IMG/VR virus record: IMGVR_UViG_2737471834_000004
DNA length: 6,265 nucleotides
Direction: 5' to 3' (one strand)
Source: a virus
Taxonomy: Duplodnaviria; Heunggongvirae; Uroviricota; Caudoviricetes
Shown piece after piece: positions 6,178 to 6,265 of the stretch (the stretch's first letter is position 1; every line of letters begins with the position of its first letter). Both the position numbers and the translations under genes were made by a program. The notes below the pieces were generated by a model, which was not told where the DNA came from, did no database searches, and saw only the letters and a program-made list of their open reading frames with translations.

Positions 6178-6265
6178 TAAAAAAGCCCCTCAGACCGTCT
6201 CAGCACGTCATGACGCCCGTGAACACCTCAGCATTGAGGCTTACCATGCGTATTTTCATGAAAGG

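Larger units (their letters stand above)
1..6265. mobile_element. Segment of a P4-family phage satellite: late operon, cos, control region, start of left operon, plus cos-distal AT-rich cargo
   Basis: Gene order sid-delta-psu-cos, TGTTCACC iterons, TGT-N12-ACA boxes and vis/eta/kil match the known P4 layout. Composition changes sharply at the cos site (AT-rich 1..~3020, GC-rich beyond). No int or att site is present in the window. Confidence 0.85.

Noticed and set aside
1-6265. tRNA gene, attachment site or integrase
   Set aside because: No tRNA-like sequence or integrase ORF is visible in this window; the int/att end of the element must lie outside it.

Overview
This window is a segment of a P4-family phage satellite with an AT-rich cargo gene next to its cos site. 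On the minus strand the GC-rich core carries the late operon sid-delta-psu, followed by an exact 19-nt P2/P4-type cos site. On the plus strand lies the divergent control region: a crr-like cluster of TGTTCACC iterons, two TGT-N12-ACA Delta/Ogr boxes (Psid and PLL), vis, and the nested eta/kil pair with a candidate PLE promoter inside eta. Immediately cos-distal (1..~3020) the composition switches to strongly AT-rich DNA holding one 890-aa gene (118..2790, minus). Its product reads as an N-terminal PHP-type phosphoesterase fused to a split SMC/Rad50-like ABC ATPase with a long coiled-coil insert. This is the variable region of P4-like satellites where anti-phage defence cargo is typically found, so I regard it as a candidate single-protein defence nuclease-ATPase of a type I cannot place in a named system. 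All motif and gene assignments are by eye and from memory of P4 biology; no searches or computations were run.
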